63,481 nt of DNA, filler included, from Octopus bimaculoides (GCF_001194135.2; 7 parts of 5 records of this genome joined end to end with filler, not necessarily neighbours in it), one strand, 5' to 3'; positions 49,121 to 62,047 are shown, counted from the whole stretch's first letter. Program-made: numbers and translations. Notes: generated by a model from the letters alone, not told the origin.

Positions 49121-50460
49121 CTTTATTATTATATAATGCATGCACGAATGTGTTACATTTCGCAACCAGTTTCCTTGGATACCGAAGACCTTTCGAACAA
49201 TCCTTGCTGTTCCAAATAGAACAAATTTCCGTATTAATACACATCTTGTAGTTAGGGATCTCATTAACAGAAATCTTTCAAGTCTGTTGATAACGGTACG
49301 TTGGGTGCCTCTTAACAGCTGGAATTACTTTAGCAGAAAACCCTCCGCTGTTTTCGCATTTGCCTTTCTAAATTTTGGTATTTCCCTATTAGTTGTCCGG
49401 TCCTTTAACCACAACATTCATATCAGCGGACACAGCCTCATCCATGATGAAGCACTCTTTTCATGCTTTGTCCAGAATAACAACATCTGGTCATCTCGCT
49501 TGAATCTCGTGGTCACTCTGCAGAGTAAAGTCCCATAAGACTCTTAACTGATTCTTCTCTGTCACACTCTCAGGTTGGTGTTGGTTTCGTCTTTTGTTTA
49601 CTTCAAACCCTTTTGTCGTAATATGTCCCAGTTTAATAGTCTGGTTACACAATCATATCTGCGTCTATATTCCTTCTATGCCAATGCACTCAAGAACTCA
49701 TTTTGTGCCCAACAGATTCTTCTTTCTCATTACATATTCTGCACTTAGCATTTTCCACAGTTCTTATTTCTTTATTGCTCACAGGGGCTAAACATAGAGG
49801 GGACAAACAAGGACAGACAAAAGGATTAAGTCGATTACATCGACCCCAGTGCGTAACTGTTACTTAATTTATAGACCCCGCAAGGATGAAAGGCAAAGTC
49901 GACCTCGGCGGAATTTGAACTCAGAACGTAACGGCAGACGAAATACCGCTAAGCATTTCACCCGGCGTGCTAACGCTTCTGCCAGCTCACCGCCCTCATT
50001 TTCCACAGTTCTGCCTACTCTTACCTTAATGAAATTCATTCATAATACCTGGTTTTGAGCAGCTATAATGAAGCCTTCTGTGTCTTTCTTAAATACTCCA
50101 TTCTTCAACCATAGCCAAAATTCTTCTGCTGCAATATCCTGCGTTTGTCTGAGATACTGACCATGCAGTTCTTTCTCCCAGATATTTCTTTCTCATTCTT
50201 TCATTTTTGTATTTGTAGTCCTTCATGCTTTCCATTGCTCGATTCTCCTCGCTTCTGTCAGTTGAAGTCAGTTTTTCTGTGCTATTTCTTCTATATCACA
50301 TTCTGTCATCTCCACGTAGTCTTCTATTAATATCACTCCTCTCCCTCCCTCCTCCTTTCGTCGTAGGTTTAACTTACCAACACTGTCTCCAGAATGGAAT
50401 GACTTCCTGGTTTTGCTCTCCAACTCTCTTAGTTCTTCCTTAATCCAGTTTAGGAAATAG
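49078..50460 (-). mobile_element. R4/Dong-like non-LTR element, 3' ~1.1 kb (post-RT region, zinc finger, RLE), with (TAA)n tail and a nested SINE
   Basis: Minus strand gives WIKEELRELESKTRK...LRRKEGGRG, WEKELHGQYLRQT...WLWLKNG...TEGFIIAAQNQ, CRICNEKEESV, HQPESV...LWDFTLQSDHEIQAR*PDVVILDK and LFGTARIVRKVF. Confidence 0.85.
49765..49996 (-). mobile_element. Full-length SINE family A with a 16-bp target-site duplication
   Basis: CATTTTCCACAGTTCT occurs at 49749-49764 and 49997-50012. Confidence 0.95.
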
Positions 50461-50798
50461 GTAGAATATCGTATTAGAGAGACCGCCCATGTGTTTACTG
50501 CAGAGAAACATCTTTTTGTTTCCCTCTCCTGAAATATTCACTCCTCACCTTCGGTTCCTGATACAAAATTCTATCTTACTCCAATCCACCAATGGACTTC
50601 TATGTCACCTTCATTGATTGATCTCTCATCAGGAAGTTTAATTCTTTCGGATTTTGATATTTTCCCTCTTTTTGTGGCAAAAAAAAAAATCATTATTTTT
50701 GTGACTCAGACACAAAACCAACGACTTTGAGGGGAGGGGTTTAATCGACTATCCCCCCCGTCCAAAATTCCTGGTCTTGTGCCTATAATAGAAAGGGA

Positions 50799-50840
<42 letters not shown>

Positions 50841-51489
50841 CATCCTCATTGCTATTATTCTCCCCCTGTCTGTTTGTCTGTCTGTTCAATTGCTGTCCTT
50901 CAACTCGTTCTCTTCATTTGACCAGTTCCTTTTAAAATCTTCATTTCATTCAAAACAGTCTACTGTTCGTGTTGTTCTTCTAACCACAACATAAAACTGT
51001 GTCAGACCCAGCCATGATCTATCAAAGTTTATAAGATCTGGGAATGGAGAGGCACTGCCCTACACAGGGAAACTGTTGTTGCTGGTTTCTATACCCTAAT
51101 CCGGCCCTTTAATTTCAAACATTTGTTCAGATTTTCACCAATAGGATCTTGGTTGCAGAGATCTGCAACACAGATATGTCAGTTAATTGAACCATGCCCC
51201 GTACTTAGCTACTACATTATATTATCGATCTTGCGAGAATGAAACGAAGAACTGATCTTGGCACGTTTTGAACACGCAACGTAAAGACCCCCGACTAAAT
51301 ACTGTACGGCATTTTCCCGATGCTCAAATGACTCTGCGACATCATATTAATGTTCAAGAGGAAAGAAACAGCCTTTGTTGTGAGAGCAAAGAAAGTTTTA
51401 AGTGAAGTTGATGGGCGGCAAAGCAGGAGGTCAGATGATGAAAGAAAGAAGATCGAGGCATTTGATATGATATATATGAATCTCTCTCT

Positions 51490-52130
51490 CTCTTTTACTT
51501 GTTTCAGTCATTTGACTGCGGCCATGCTGGAGCACCGCCTTTAGTCGAGCAAATCGACCCCAGGACTTATTCTTTGTAAGCCTAGTACTTATTCTGTAGG
51601 TCTTTTTTTGCCGAGCCGCTAGGTGACGGGAACGTAAACACACCAGCATCGGTTGTCAAGCGATGGTGGGGAGGGGGGACAAACATAAGCACACAAACAT
51701 ATACACACACACACATATATATATATATATATTTATACATATATACGACGGGGTTCTTTCAGTTTCCGTCTACCAAATCCACTCACAAGGCTTTGGTCGG
51801 TCTGAGGCTATAGTATAAGACACTTGTCCAAGGTGCCACACAGTGGGACTGAACCCGGAACTATGTGGTTGGTAAGCAAGCTACTTACCACGCAGCCAAT
51901 CCTGCACCTACATACATACATGCATACATATTCTTTTATTCTTTTATTTGTTTCAGTCATTTGACTGCGGCCATGCTGGAGCACCGCCTTTGGTCGAGCA
52001 AGTTGACCCCACGACTTATTCTTTGTAAACATAGTACTTACTCTATCGGTTTCTCTTGTTGAACCGCTAAGTTACGGGGACGTAAACACACCAGCATCGG
52101 ATGTTGGGGAGACAGACACAGACACACAAA
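51490..52130 (-). mobile_element. SINE family B: full copy (51490-51905) and adjacent 3' half (51935-52130)
   Basis: Reverse complement of 62701-63087. Confidence 0.9.
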
Positions 52131-52131
52131 C

Positions 52132-52178
<47 letters not shown>

Positions 52179-52875
52179 CATACATACAGACATATATACA
52201 TATATATTCATATACATACACACATACNNNNNNNNNNNNNNNNNNNNNNNNNNNNNNNNNNNNNNNNNNNNNNNNNNNNNNNNNNNNNNNNNNNNNNNNN
52301 NNNNNNNNNNNNNNNNNNNNNNNNNNNNNNNNNNNNNNNNNNNNNNNNNNNNNNNNNNNNNNNNNNNNNNNNNNNNNNNNNNNNNNNNNNNNNNNNNNNN
52401 NNNNNNNNNNNNNNNNNNNNNNNNNNNNNNNNNNNNNNNNNNNNNNNNNNNNNNNNNNNNNNNNNNNNNNNNNNNNNNNNNNNNNNNNNNNNNNNNNNNN
52501 NNNNNNNNNNNNNNNNNNNNNNNNNNNNNNNNNNNNNNNNNNNNNNNNNNNNNNNNNNNNNNNNNNNNNNNNNNNNNNNNNNNNNNNNNNNNNNNNNNNN
52601 NNNNNNNNNNNNNNNNNNNNNNNNNNNNNNNNNNNNNNNNNNNNNNNNNNNNNNNNNNNNNNNNNNNNNNNNNNNNNNNNNNNNNNNNNNNNNNNNNNNN
52701 NNNNNNNNNNNNNNNNNNNNNNNNNNNNNNNNNNNNNNNNNNNNNNNNNNNNNNNNNNNNNNNNNNNNNNNNNNNNNNNNNNNNNNNNNNNNNNNNNNNN
52801 NNNNNNNNNNNNNNNNNNNNNNNNNNNNNNNNNNNNNNNNNNNNNNNNNNNNNNNNNNNNNNNNNNNNNNNNNNN

Positions 52876-52910
<35 letters not shown>

Positions 52911-53089
52911 CACACACACACATACACAGAGATCTAAATGTATACTGAGACACAAACGTGCGCATGTGTGTGCATAAAGACATTGTTTTTGGCCTGTAAA
53001 ATTACGGCAGTATTAACAGAGTGAAATTACGTCAACTGGATTCATTCCATGTCAACGTATTTACCAGAATTACAAGTGGAAGCTAGAAA

Positions 53090-53480
53090 ACACGTTATGA
53101 ACCAAAGAAAAACCAAAGAAGCTTATAAAGTCCTTGAAAATGTGATATGGATTGTCAACTGTGTTATATTTGTGTGCAAGTCATGACATAATAAAAAAAG
53201 CTTTCTTAAGTATTGTCGATGTATTATTTCATCATGATGAATGATGGCATGAAAACAATATATAAAAATAGCAGCCGAAAGAAAGAACGTGTCGAAAGAA
53301 AAAATGGCATTGATAATGGATACAGTGACACCTTTGGTACTGAAGAATATTGATGGAGCATTCCAAGTGATTCTTCAATCAGGTTTTGACACAATAAAGC
53401 TGAGAAGGTAAAAAATTTCTGTTTTTGTAATAGAAGTTATCTGGCGGCCGTGAATAACTCATCTAATACCAGTGAATAGG
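53090..53480 (+). mobile_element. Possible pogo/Tigger-like DDE transposase remnant
   Basis: RKTKEAYKVL, HNKKS and KEKMALIMDTVTPLVLKNI...VILQSGFD loosely follow the pogo order K..KER.TVL, NKKAWM, LLLMDN...LQPLD. Heavily decayed. Confidence 0.3.
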
Positions 53481-53853
53481 ATATCGTTAATTATAGTTTC
53501 ATATTTGTTCCAATAATAATCGATTGCCATTGTTAAGTAACCAAATTGTTATGATGCATATTTGAAAAATGCTTAAGCATTTCAAATGGAAGGAATATTT
53601 TGCAAAATTTTGTGAAATGAAAACGAAAATCAAAAACAAGATACAAAAAACAAAAACAAAGCAGAATTGAAGTTTAGCAATATGAAGAAAAAAACGAGTA
53701 TAAGATCAGCCGTCACTTTAAGATGTCCAAATTTCAACAAAGGAACTTTGCTCCTTATCAAAAATCCCGCTCTTTTACTGCTGGATAAAGTGAATTTAAC
53801 GCAAGAAATAAAATTCTCTCTCTCTCTCTCTCACACGCACGCACACGCGCGCA

Positions 53854-53932
<79 letters not shown>

Positions 53933-54929
53933 CACACACACACTCTTAGTCATTGTTTCTCTCAGTCTCACACACACACTGTGTCTGTCTGTCCTCTCTA
54001 TCTATCTGTCTTTTCCCCCTCTTTGTCAGTCTGCTTGGCTGCCTGCCTGCCTGTCTGTCTGCCTGCCCGTCTGTCTGTCTGTGTGTCTGTCTGTCTGTCT
54101 GTCTGTCTCTCTTTCTTTAGTACTTAGAGCCTTTTTTCTTTTACTCCAATTTAATTCATTCCTCAAACCAATTCCAATTCCAGAAAGATCTATGGCAGGA
54201 GCTCCAGGCAAAGCTAGATTCGAACCCCTGTATCAAGTTCTTTAAATTGTCTCTGTTTAGCAAGGCTTCTGTGCCCTCTTTTAATGGCACCAGTTTAGAT
54301 AAAAACTCTTTCAGAATTATCGTTGTCTGTGTTGGTGTCATCATTCCAAACTAAATCCATTCCGGACCAAAGCGTAAACACTTACTCGTTTCCTTTCTAA
54401 ATACATAGCCCGTAGAGTTAGAAACCGTAAATTTCTAGAATGAACTGGGGCCCATTCAGTCGACGCAGTCATGGCTGTGTGGGTAAAGAGTTTTCTTCAT
54501 AACTGAAAGGTTTCGGGTTTAGTCCCATTGCATGGAACCTTGTGTAAGTGTTTTCCACCGTAGTATCGGGTTCACCAAATCTTTGCAAGTAAATTTGCGG
54601 AGACGGAAGCTGTGCAGAAGTTCAGATTCTTGGCTGATAGACCCCTAACCCCTTACCTTGCTTAACACCACCACCCGGTCCATGAGTGGGAGACCGGACA
54701 GAAAATCGCGTTTAATACTACCCTGTAGCCATTGGTACCTTTAGTGGAATCCAGTCATACCAAATCACTTGTGTGAGCATATTTCCCTCCCTGTCTCCTT
54801 CCTTTGTTCTGGGACCCTGAAAAGGGTCAAGAGCGCTACCGATTCTCCTTTGATGTAACCATTAAAAAACAAACAAAACCTCTCCATCCTGATGTGTAAA
54901 TATTGGTTTCACAAGGCCAACAATTTCGG

Positions 54930-55105
54930 AGGAGGGGAAAGTCGATTACACCGACCCCAGTACTCAACTGGTACTTATTTTATCCACTCTGAAAGGATGA
55001 AAGGCAAAATCGACCTCGGTGGAACTGGAACACAGAATGCAAAGACGGACGAAATGCCACTAAACATTTTGTCCGGCGTGCTAACGATTCTGTCAGTTCG
55101 CCGCT
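54930..55105 (-). mobile_element. SINE family A, diverged
   Basis: gtcgattacaccgaccccag...gaaaggatgaaaggcaaaatcgacctcgg. Confidence 0.8.
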
Positions 55106-57574
55106 GAAATTTTGGCAGGACCAGAGGTAGATTGCTGGTGAACCCACTGAGCCGGGCGGTTTCGATCACAGACTGAAGTGAATTACCACAACTCACAGAA
55201 TCTCGTTTCATTATATTTCATTATAAATATGTGACTTTGTACTTTGTGTAAAGAAAAAAAAAATCAATATTGAAAATGTAATGGTGATGGTGTTGATGTG
55301 CGTGTTGGGTGGGGTGTTAGGGTGTCGGTGGGGGTGTCGGAGATAACAGTGAGGGGAGTGGTGGCAGGCCATTGTTAAAGGCCTACTACTACATCTACTA
55401 CTTCACACACCAACTTTATAATAACCCATCATTTATAACTTAAACATACTATTTAATTACAATTTTATACTATTTTCCTTTACTTCAACACCTTGATCTC
55501 TCCCTCATTCTCTCTGCTGCTGCTGCTCCTCCTCCTTCCTCTTTTTCTCACCTAATCCCACCACCTGCCTCTTGTTACTTTTATTCCAAGGATCGGTTAC
55601 ACGCCACTCACCCCCCACTAAACCGACTGCAACAAAAGAATCCCCAGTCTTTATTACTTACAACAATCACGGGGTAATTGTGCAGTTGTGCACATCTGCT
55701 TTCAAAATGCAAATTTTAAGATATGGCAGTTAAAAGCTGCCATATATAGTAACTTCAAAAGATTGCTTCCACCTTGTAATTTACTATTAACACTTGTGGT
55801 AGCTGACATTATATTAGAGGGGTGGCGGGGAGAGGTGGGTAAACAATGGGGATGAGAGAGGGAGCGAGAGAGAGAGAGAGAGTGGAAGAAAGTGAGAGGG
55901 TGTGTGCGTGTGAAATGAAATTGCGAGAGGTGTATGAGTGTGTGTGTGGGGTGGGGAGTTGAGAGAACTGCAGAGATGTGTAATTTCCTGCTCTCTTGTC
56001 ATTTGACTTGAATAGACACGATTCACTTACGGGGAATGGCGGAAAATGACGAGAATAGAATTGCTATTTTGCGCCATTGAAACTATTCCTAATAGATAAT
56101 AACAACAGCAGCAGCAACAACAACAACAACAACACATACAGATACACATACACATGCATATACACACATATACACACTCACATTGACGCACATACATGCA
56201 TAAAAGGTTCAATTCAAACAGAGTACAAAACTATAAGTAGCTAAATGTATCGTAATAAATACAAAAAATAATTAGCAGCGTTCCCTCTTACACACACCCA
56301 ACCCCACCCCACATATATATGCCAAAATACTCATATGTGTAGACATTTATACGCACACGCACATACATACTCATATACAATCACTTACGCAGAAAAAAAA
56401 AAGACTTGTTGAAGAGAATGGTCGCAATGAGGGAGGTTCAAAGCTATAGAAAGTTAGGAAGCTGCCTCTTAAAACCTCTCACAAAAATGTATAACATTTA
56501 TACCGTTTAGTTATGTTGAGGCCCCTACGGTTTGTGAAGTCCCTTAACAGTAGTTTTTGTAGCTTATACCTAAACCTAGCACTGTTTCTAAGGGAAATTT
56601 CTTTCTTCCGATCTGTTGCTAAATGATGTCTTAATGATTGTGTAGTGTGTATACAAATTGTGCAGTTACAACGGGACATGCAGAATACTGGAACTGACTT
56701 TCCTTCGATCTGAGGATAACTCGTTATCTGGGAACATTACTTCCTACTAGGCATTTGTAGTAGATTCGAAACAAAATCGCCAAATAGCCGAGTTAAAGTC
56801 ATGACTTAGTAACAACCATTTCGTGTGATCGGCCGATTATCTGAGCACTCGATATTGAGCCATCACCTTTTAGAATCGTCTAGAACATCTCCTAACGAGT
56901 CTCATAAATAGGGGAGTTTTGGGTGCCAAATTTCAGAGTGTTGGGAATCACCGCCATGAAAACCAAATTCTCATTTTCGAGCATTTAACAGTTGTTTTAA
57001 TAACGTCTTATTCTAACCTAGCAAACAACAGCTACAGCTTTGCAGTCAAGAATTTAGTGTGATATTTCTCCAGTCTTGACAGCGTATTCACAGAATCTTA
57101 CTAAACAGCCCTATTTTGTCATATCTACAGAATTGTCTTTTCCAGTGAGTTTGGTCTGTTGTTTGTATTATTAATTCAAGACCAACAAGGAAAATATTTT
57201 GTGCAGTGAATAAAGTTTCTGTTAATTGTTCACATGTGTTGTGTATCATTTATAAGCAACCAGAACACAACTCAACCATCCGCATCTCCATATCATATAT
57301 TCGATAACCTGCGTGAACCTTTCGTGAAAGACATATTTGTCATTTATTATATGTTATATAGCAATTTAGGGTCGAAATTAGTACGTCTGCATGTCAACAG
57401 GCTATACGGACATTCACGCACATATTCATGTCTACACAAACACATGCACATGAACACATCGTTATACTCATCAGTATAAGTAGAAATGTGTATGTAAACA
57501 TCACATCCAGACGTACGTCGGCATTCAGTTTCATGGCCCAGTGTAAGATCGAGGTCCAACAGAAGGAAGTTTGC

Positions 57575-57812
57575 AGGAAGGCGGTGAGTTGGCAGAAACG
57601 TTAGCACGCCAGCTGAAATGCTCAGCGGTATTTCGTCTGCTGTTACGTTCTGAGTTCAAATTCCGTGAGGTCGACTTTGCCTTTCAACCTTTCGGGGTCG
57701 ATAAATTAAGTACCAGTTACGCACTGGGATCGATGTAATCGACTTAATCCCTTTGTCTGTCCTTGTTTGTCCCCTCTATGTTTAGCTCCTTGTGGGCAAT
57801 AAAGAAATAAGA
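57575..57812 (+). mobile_element. SINE family A, full length
   Basis: aaggcggtgagttggcagaaacgttagcacgcc...gggcaataaagaaataagaa. Confidence 0.9.
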
Positions 57813-58779
57813 AGGAAGCTCGCAGGCATGATGTAAAATAAGTANNNNNNNNNNNNNNNNNNNNNNNNNNNNNNNNNNNNNNNNNNNNNNNNNNNNNNNN
57901 NNNNNNNNNNNNNNNNNNNNNNNNNNNNNNNNNNNNNNNNNNNNNNNNNNNNNNNNNNNNNNNNNNNNNNNNNNNNNNNNNNNNNNNNNNNNNNNNNNNN
58001 NNNNNNNNNNNNNNNNNNNNNNNNNNNNNNNNNNNNNNNNNNNNNNNNNNNNNNNNNNNNNNNNNNNNNNNNNNNNNNNNNNNNNNNNNNNNNNNNNNNN
58101 NNNNNNNNNNNNNNNNNNNNNNNNNNNNNNNNNNNNNNNNNNNNNNNNNNNNNNNNNNNNNNNNNNNNNNNNNNNNNNNNNNNNNNNNNNNNNNNNNNNN
58201 NNNNNNNNNNNNNNNNNNNNNNNNNNNNNNNNNNNNNNNNNNNNNNNNNNNNNNNNNNNNNNNNNNNNNNNNNNNNNNNNNNNNNNNNNNNNNNNNNNNN
58301 NNNNNNNNNNNNNNNNNNNNNNNNNNNNNNNNNNNNNNNNNNNNNNNNNNNNNNNNNNNNNNNNNNNNNNNNNNNNNNNNNNNNNNNNNNNNNNNNNNNN
58401 NNNNNNNNNNNNNNNNNNNNNNNNNNNNNNNNNNNNNNNNNNNNNNNNNNNNNNNNNNNNNNNNNNNNNNNNNNNNNNNNNNNNNNNNNNNNNNNNNNNN
58501 NNNNNNNNNNNNNNAGGAGATATAGAGGCGGAGGATGCTAGCGATACATTTATGGTCAGTTGGTATTAACAGGGTAGAGGGGATGAGCATATAGAGTGAA
58601 GGAGGAATAGGGGATGAGGTTAAAAGGTCTAGTGAGTAGGAAGGAATGCGTGTGTGTAGTATATAGGTGGTGGGGGTATGAGTGATAAACCAAGGACAGA
58701 GATAAAGGGAAGGGATGGGTGGAAAAGTAGTTAGTAGTATCATATTTTAGGATGCTGCCAAGCCTATTTATAGACGGTG

Positions 58780-59120
58780 GAAAGGGATTGAAAGAAGTGA
58801 TCGCAACAGAGTAACAAAGAATGACGGGCAGCTCGTTCAAAGAAAGATACATACAACACCTGGAGTCATTCAGGGACAAAAAATAAAAGACATGCAGCGT
58901 CCCTATCCAATATGATATGGACATTGAAAGAAGGAGGAATAAGTAATCCTCAGATAAAATGGAATATCATAGCTAAAGCCAGAACATACAGAGGACGGGG
59001 TACCAAATGTGAACTCTGCATCACTGAAAAACCAAATATACAGTCAAAAGATAACATCTGAAATACTAGGGATGAAGCCTTCTCTCCCTGCGTACACAAG
59101 CAATATTTCACACTTAAACA
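58780..59120 (+). mobile_element. Penelope-like element GIY-YIG C-terminal fragment (different family from the 40.7-kb copy)
   Basis: TGSSFKERYIQHLESFRDK, then LKEGGISNPQIKWNIIAKARTYRGRGTKCELCITEK and CVHKQYFTLKHF, with frameshifts. Confidence 0.75.
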
Positions 59121-59786
59121 CTTCAAGGAAGAATCACCATCCGCGCCGCTATCCCCTCCAGGACAGTTTCTTTCTCTGAATGTGAAAATTGAATATATAC
59201 AACACACGAACTCCACACATAGAAGAAACATTGCCCCATGACGAACTATCTCAGTACACAAACACACGAAGATCACATATACCTAGAATATAATATAATG
59301 TAATGCAAACAAATTTTACCATCCAACATGACTATTTTCCCCCAAAGTCACATTCAAGGGTGATAACCATTCAAAAGGTGTCACCCAAGAGTAGCGCTCC
59401 TTCGTTTATTGTTTTCTTTACGAGACTTTCGGCGATTTCACGTGACTTTGTGCTTTCATCCAAAATGGAGACGAACACCATTCTTCCATGTAATCAGTAT
59501 GAAAAATTGTTAAGATGTTGAGACATTTTTCTAAACATACACAAATAAGATAATTAAATAAATGTTTTAATGATTATACAGATATACAATAGAATAGCTC
59601 TCAGAAACAGACTACGTACAAATTCTTTCTTCACAACTCCTGAAGCCATTTTCTGACAGGGGGTTGATGAAATCTTCATACAGCTAGAGGCTCCAATCGA
59701 AACAGGGGACCCGAAATGATAAGGTTGAGAAACGCTGTTATAGATTATGCCTAACCGAAAACGATCACAGCCACATCATCCAAACA

Positions 59787-59815
59787 GGCCGGGTGAAACC
59801 GGGTTTAGCTGCTAG

Positions 59816-59816
<1 letters not shown>
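59787..59816 (+). mobile_element. Helitron-type 3' terminus
   Basis: gCCGGgtgaaaCCGGgtttagctgCTAG|T, a GC-rich hairpin followed by CTAG and T. Confidence 0.55.
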
Positions 59817-59851
<35 letters not shown>

Positions 59852-60004
59852 TGTTATTCTTATTAGTTATCTGATGATTGCTAATATTTAATCGAAAACA
59901 GACAGGTCTGTCAAGAAATCATGAAACTTTCTGGGCATCCAATACAAGCTTCTCATCTGATCGTCGTAAATATCATAAATTCACCAATATAAAATATTGT
60001 TTAA

Positions 60005-60155
60005 ATGCCAGCTGGCATTGGAGTACCTCGAATAGTTTTCTTCACCACATTATTCCATTGGCATGGAAGGAAACACTACGTTGATGACCCTTGCAGACTC
60101 TCCGAAACCGACTGCCCGATCGCCATGATTAACGTTCCTCTTGACCAACTGCAAG
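60005..60155 (+). CDS. Candidate first coding exon or small ORF (MPAGIGVPRIVFFTTLFHWHGRKHYVDDPCRLSETDCPIAMINVPLDQLQ-G)
   Basis: In-frame TAA immediately precedes the ATG. There are 50 open codons, GC-rich relative to the flanks, and no repeat match elsewhere in the window. Donor CAAG|GTGACG lies at 60156. If unspliced, the ORF stops at 60164-60166 (53 aa). Family not recognised. Confidence 0.45.
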
Positions 60156-60663
60156 GTGACGTGTAAACAAAGCCAACGTTAAATCATATTTATTTTCCGT
60201 TGTGTAATAAAAAATCAATAGAAACCTCGACTCTGTAACTGTGACATGTTTTTCTTTGCTCTATCGTAGTTTGTGATGGTGTTTTTGAGAGGAACAAACA
60301 CTCATGACCTCTCGAATTTATACGCAGCAATTAGTTTGTTATGAACAAAATAATGAGTGTGTGTGTAAAGGCATGGAATTAGTCTGTGTGGTTGTTAATT
60401 ACTTTTGTTAATTGCATTTTTAATCATTAGCAATAAGTACTATCATGCCATTATTCTCCTCTTCCTCATCATCATATCATCACCACCGTCATCCCCCATA
60501 TATCATGAACAATGCTTTTACATCCACAACTGTCATGTTAACAATCACCACCACCACCACCACNNNNNNNNNNNNNNNNNNNNNNNNNNNNNNNNNNNNN
60601 NNNNNNNTTAATTAATTAANNNNNNNNNNNNNNNNNNNNNNNNNNNNNNNNNNNNNNNNNNNN

Positions 60664-60940
60664 GAGATCGTTGCCAGTGCCCCTGGACTGGCTCTTGTGC
60701 GGGTGGCACATAAAAGACATCATTTCGAGCGTGGCCGTTTTCATGCAGGTGACACGTAAAAGCACCCACTACACTCTGAGTGGTCGGCGTTAGGAAGGGC
60801 ATCGAGCTGTAGAAACTCTGCCAAATTAGATTGGAGCCTGGTGTAGCCATCCGGTTGCACCAGACCTCAGTCAAATCGTCCAACCCATGCTAGCATGGAA
60901 AGCGGGCGTTAAACGATGATGATGATGATGATGATGATGA
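60664..60940 (+). mobile_element. SINE 3' portion with (GAT)n tail
   Basis: GC-rich body ending caacccatgctagcatggaaagcgggcgttaaacgatgatgatgat. A homologue lies at 1070-1205. Confidence 0.65.
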
Positions 60941-61809
60941 TATATATACATTTGTATGTACTGACCCATGATAGATGAGAGATAAATATTATTTATTCAA
61001 AGGTCACAATACAAGTATTTAAGCGCTACTATATATATATGTATATATAAATATATATGTGTGTGCATGTGTGCGTGTATATTTGTGTGTTTGTGTATGT
61101 GTGTATGTGTATACATAAATACACATACACACACAAACATATATATGATATACTTTGCATGTATTGTTACAACCAAATGATGCAATTTTTGTCTAGAAGA
61201 AAAGTCTTTTTATAAATGTGTCGTGTTAAAAACAATATATTTATAAAGGGCTTTTTAAACAATATAAAAAGCCCTTTATAAATATAAAGGGCATTTTACT
61301 TTGATGAAAACTGAAGCATGTTTTTTTTTTCAATGATGCACATATATTAAGTATGTCACTCTAAGTATGTCAGAGATAAAGATTTTATCTTGAGCCGCTT
61401 CTGTTGCATAATGATTCAAACATACATACATATAAATGTGTCCGTCTGTGAATGAATATGTTCAGTGATGCTTCAATATATGATTTAATGTGTTCCCGGA
61501 GACCACTCATAAAGCGAAAACTCGTAAAACAGAGCAATAATTTCCTATAATAGCAATGTTATAAACTGTAATTCATTCCTAGAAAAAGATTTTACTTATA
61601 AAATTCATAATACTCGTAAATAAATGGCAATAAAAAACAGCAGAATGTAAAGGATATTTTATGTAAAGTAAAAAGAATGTCAAGATCATTTATGATAAAA
61701 TTTTATTATCATTATAATCGTTTCTGAATCGCTTTCACTTACACTAGATTCACACACACCATCATTTGTAGATGTGATTTCTGATTCACAAGCACTCATA
61801 GACGGACTT

Positions 61810-62006
61810 ACTCTTTTACTTGTTTCAGTCATTTGACTGTGGCCATGCCTTTAGTTGAGCAAATCGACCCCAGGACTTATTCTTTGTAAGACCAGTACTT
61901 ATTCTATCGGTCTCTTTTGCCGAACCACAAAGTTACGGGTACGTAAACACACCACCATCAGTTGTCAAGCGATGTTGGGGGGACAAACACAGACACACAA
62001 ACGTAT

Positions 62007-62047
<41 letters not shown>
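61810..62047 (-). mobile_element. SINE family B, 3' half
   Basis: tttacttgtttcagtcatttgactgtggccatg...gaccccaggacttattctttgtaag. Confidence 0.85.

Noticed and set aside
53667-54245. 192-aa ORF with SLSLSL and CLSV runs
   Set aside because: Mostly (CT)n, (CA)n and (CTGT)n microsatellites.
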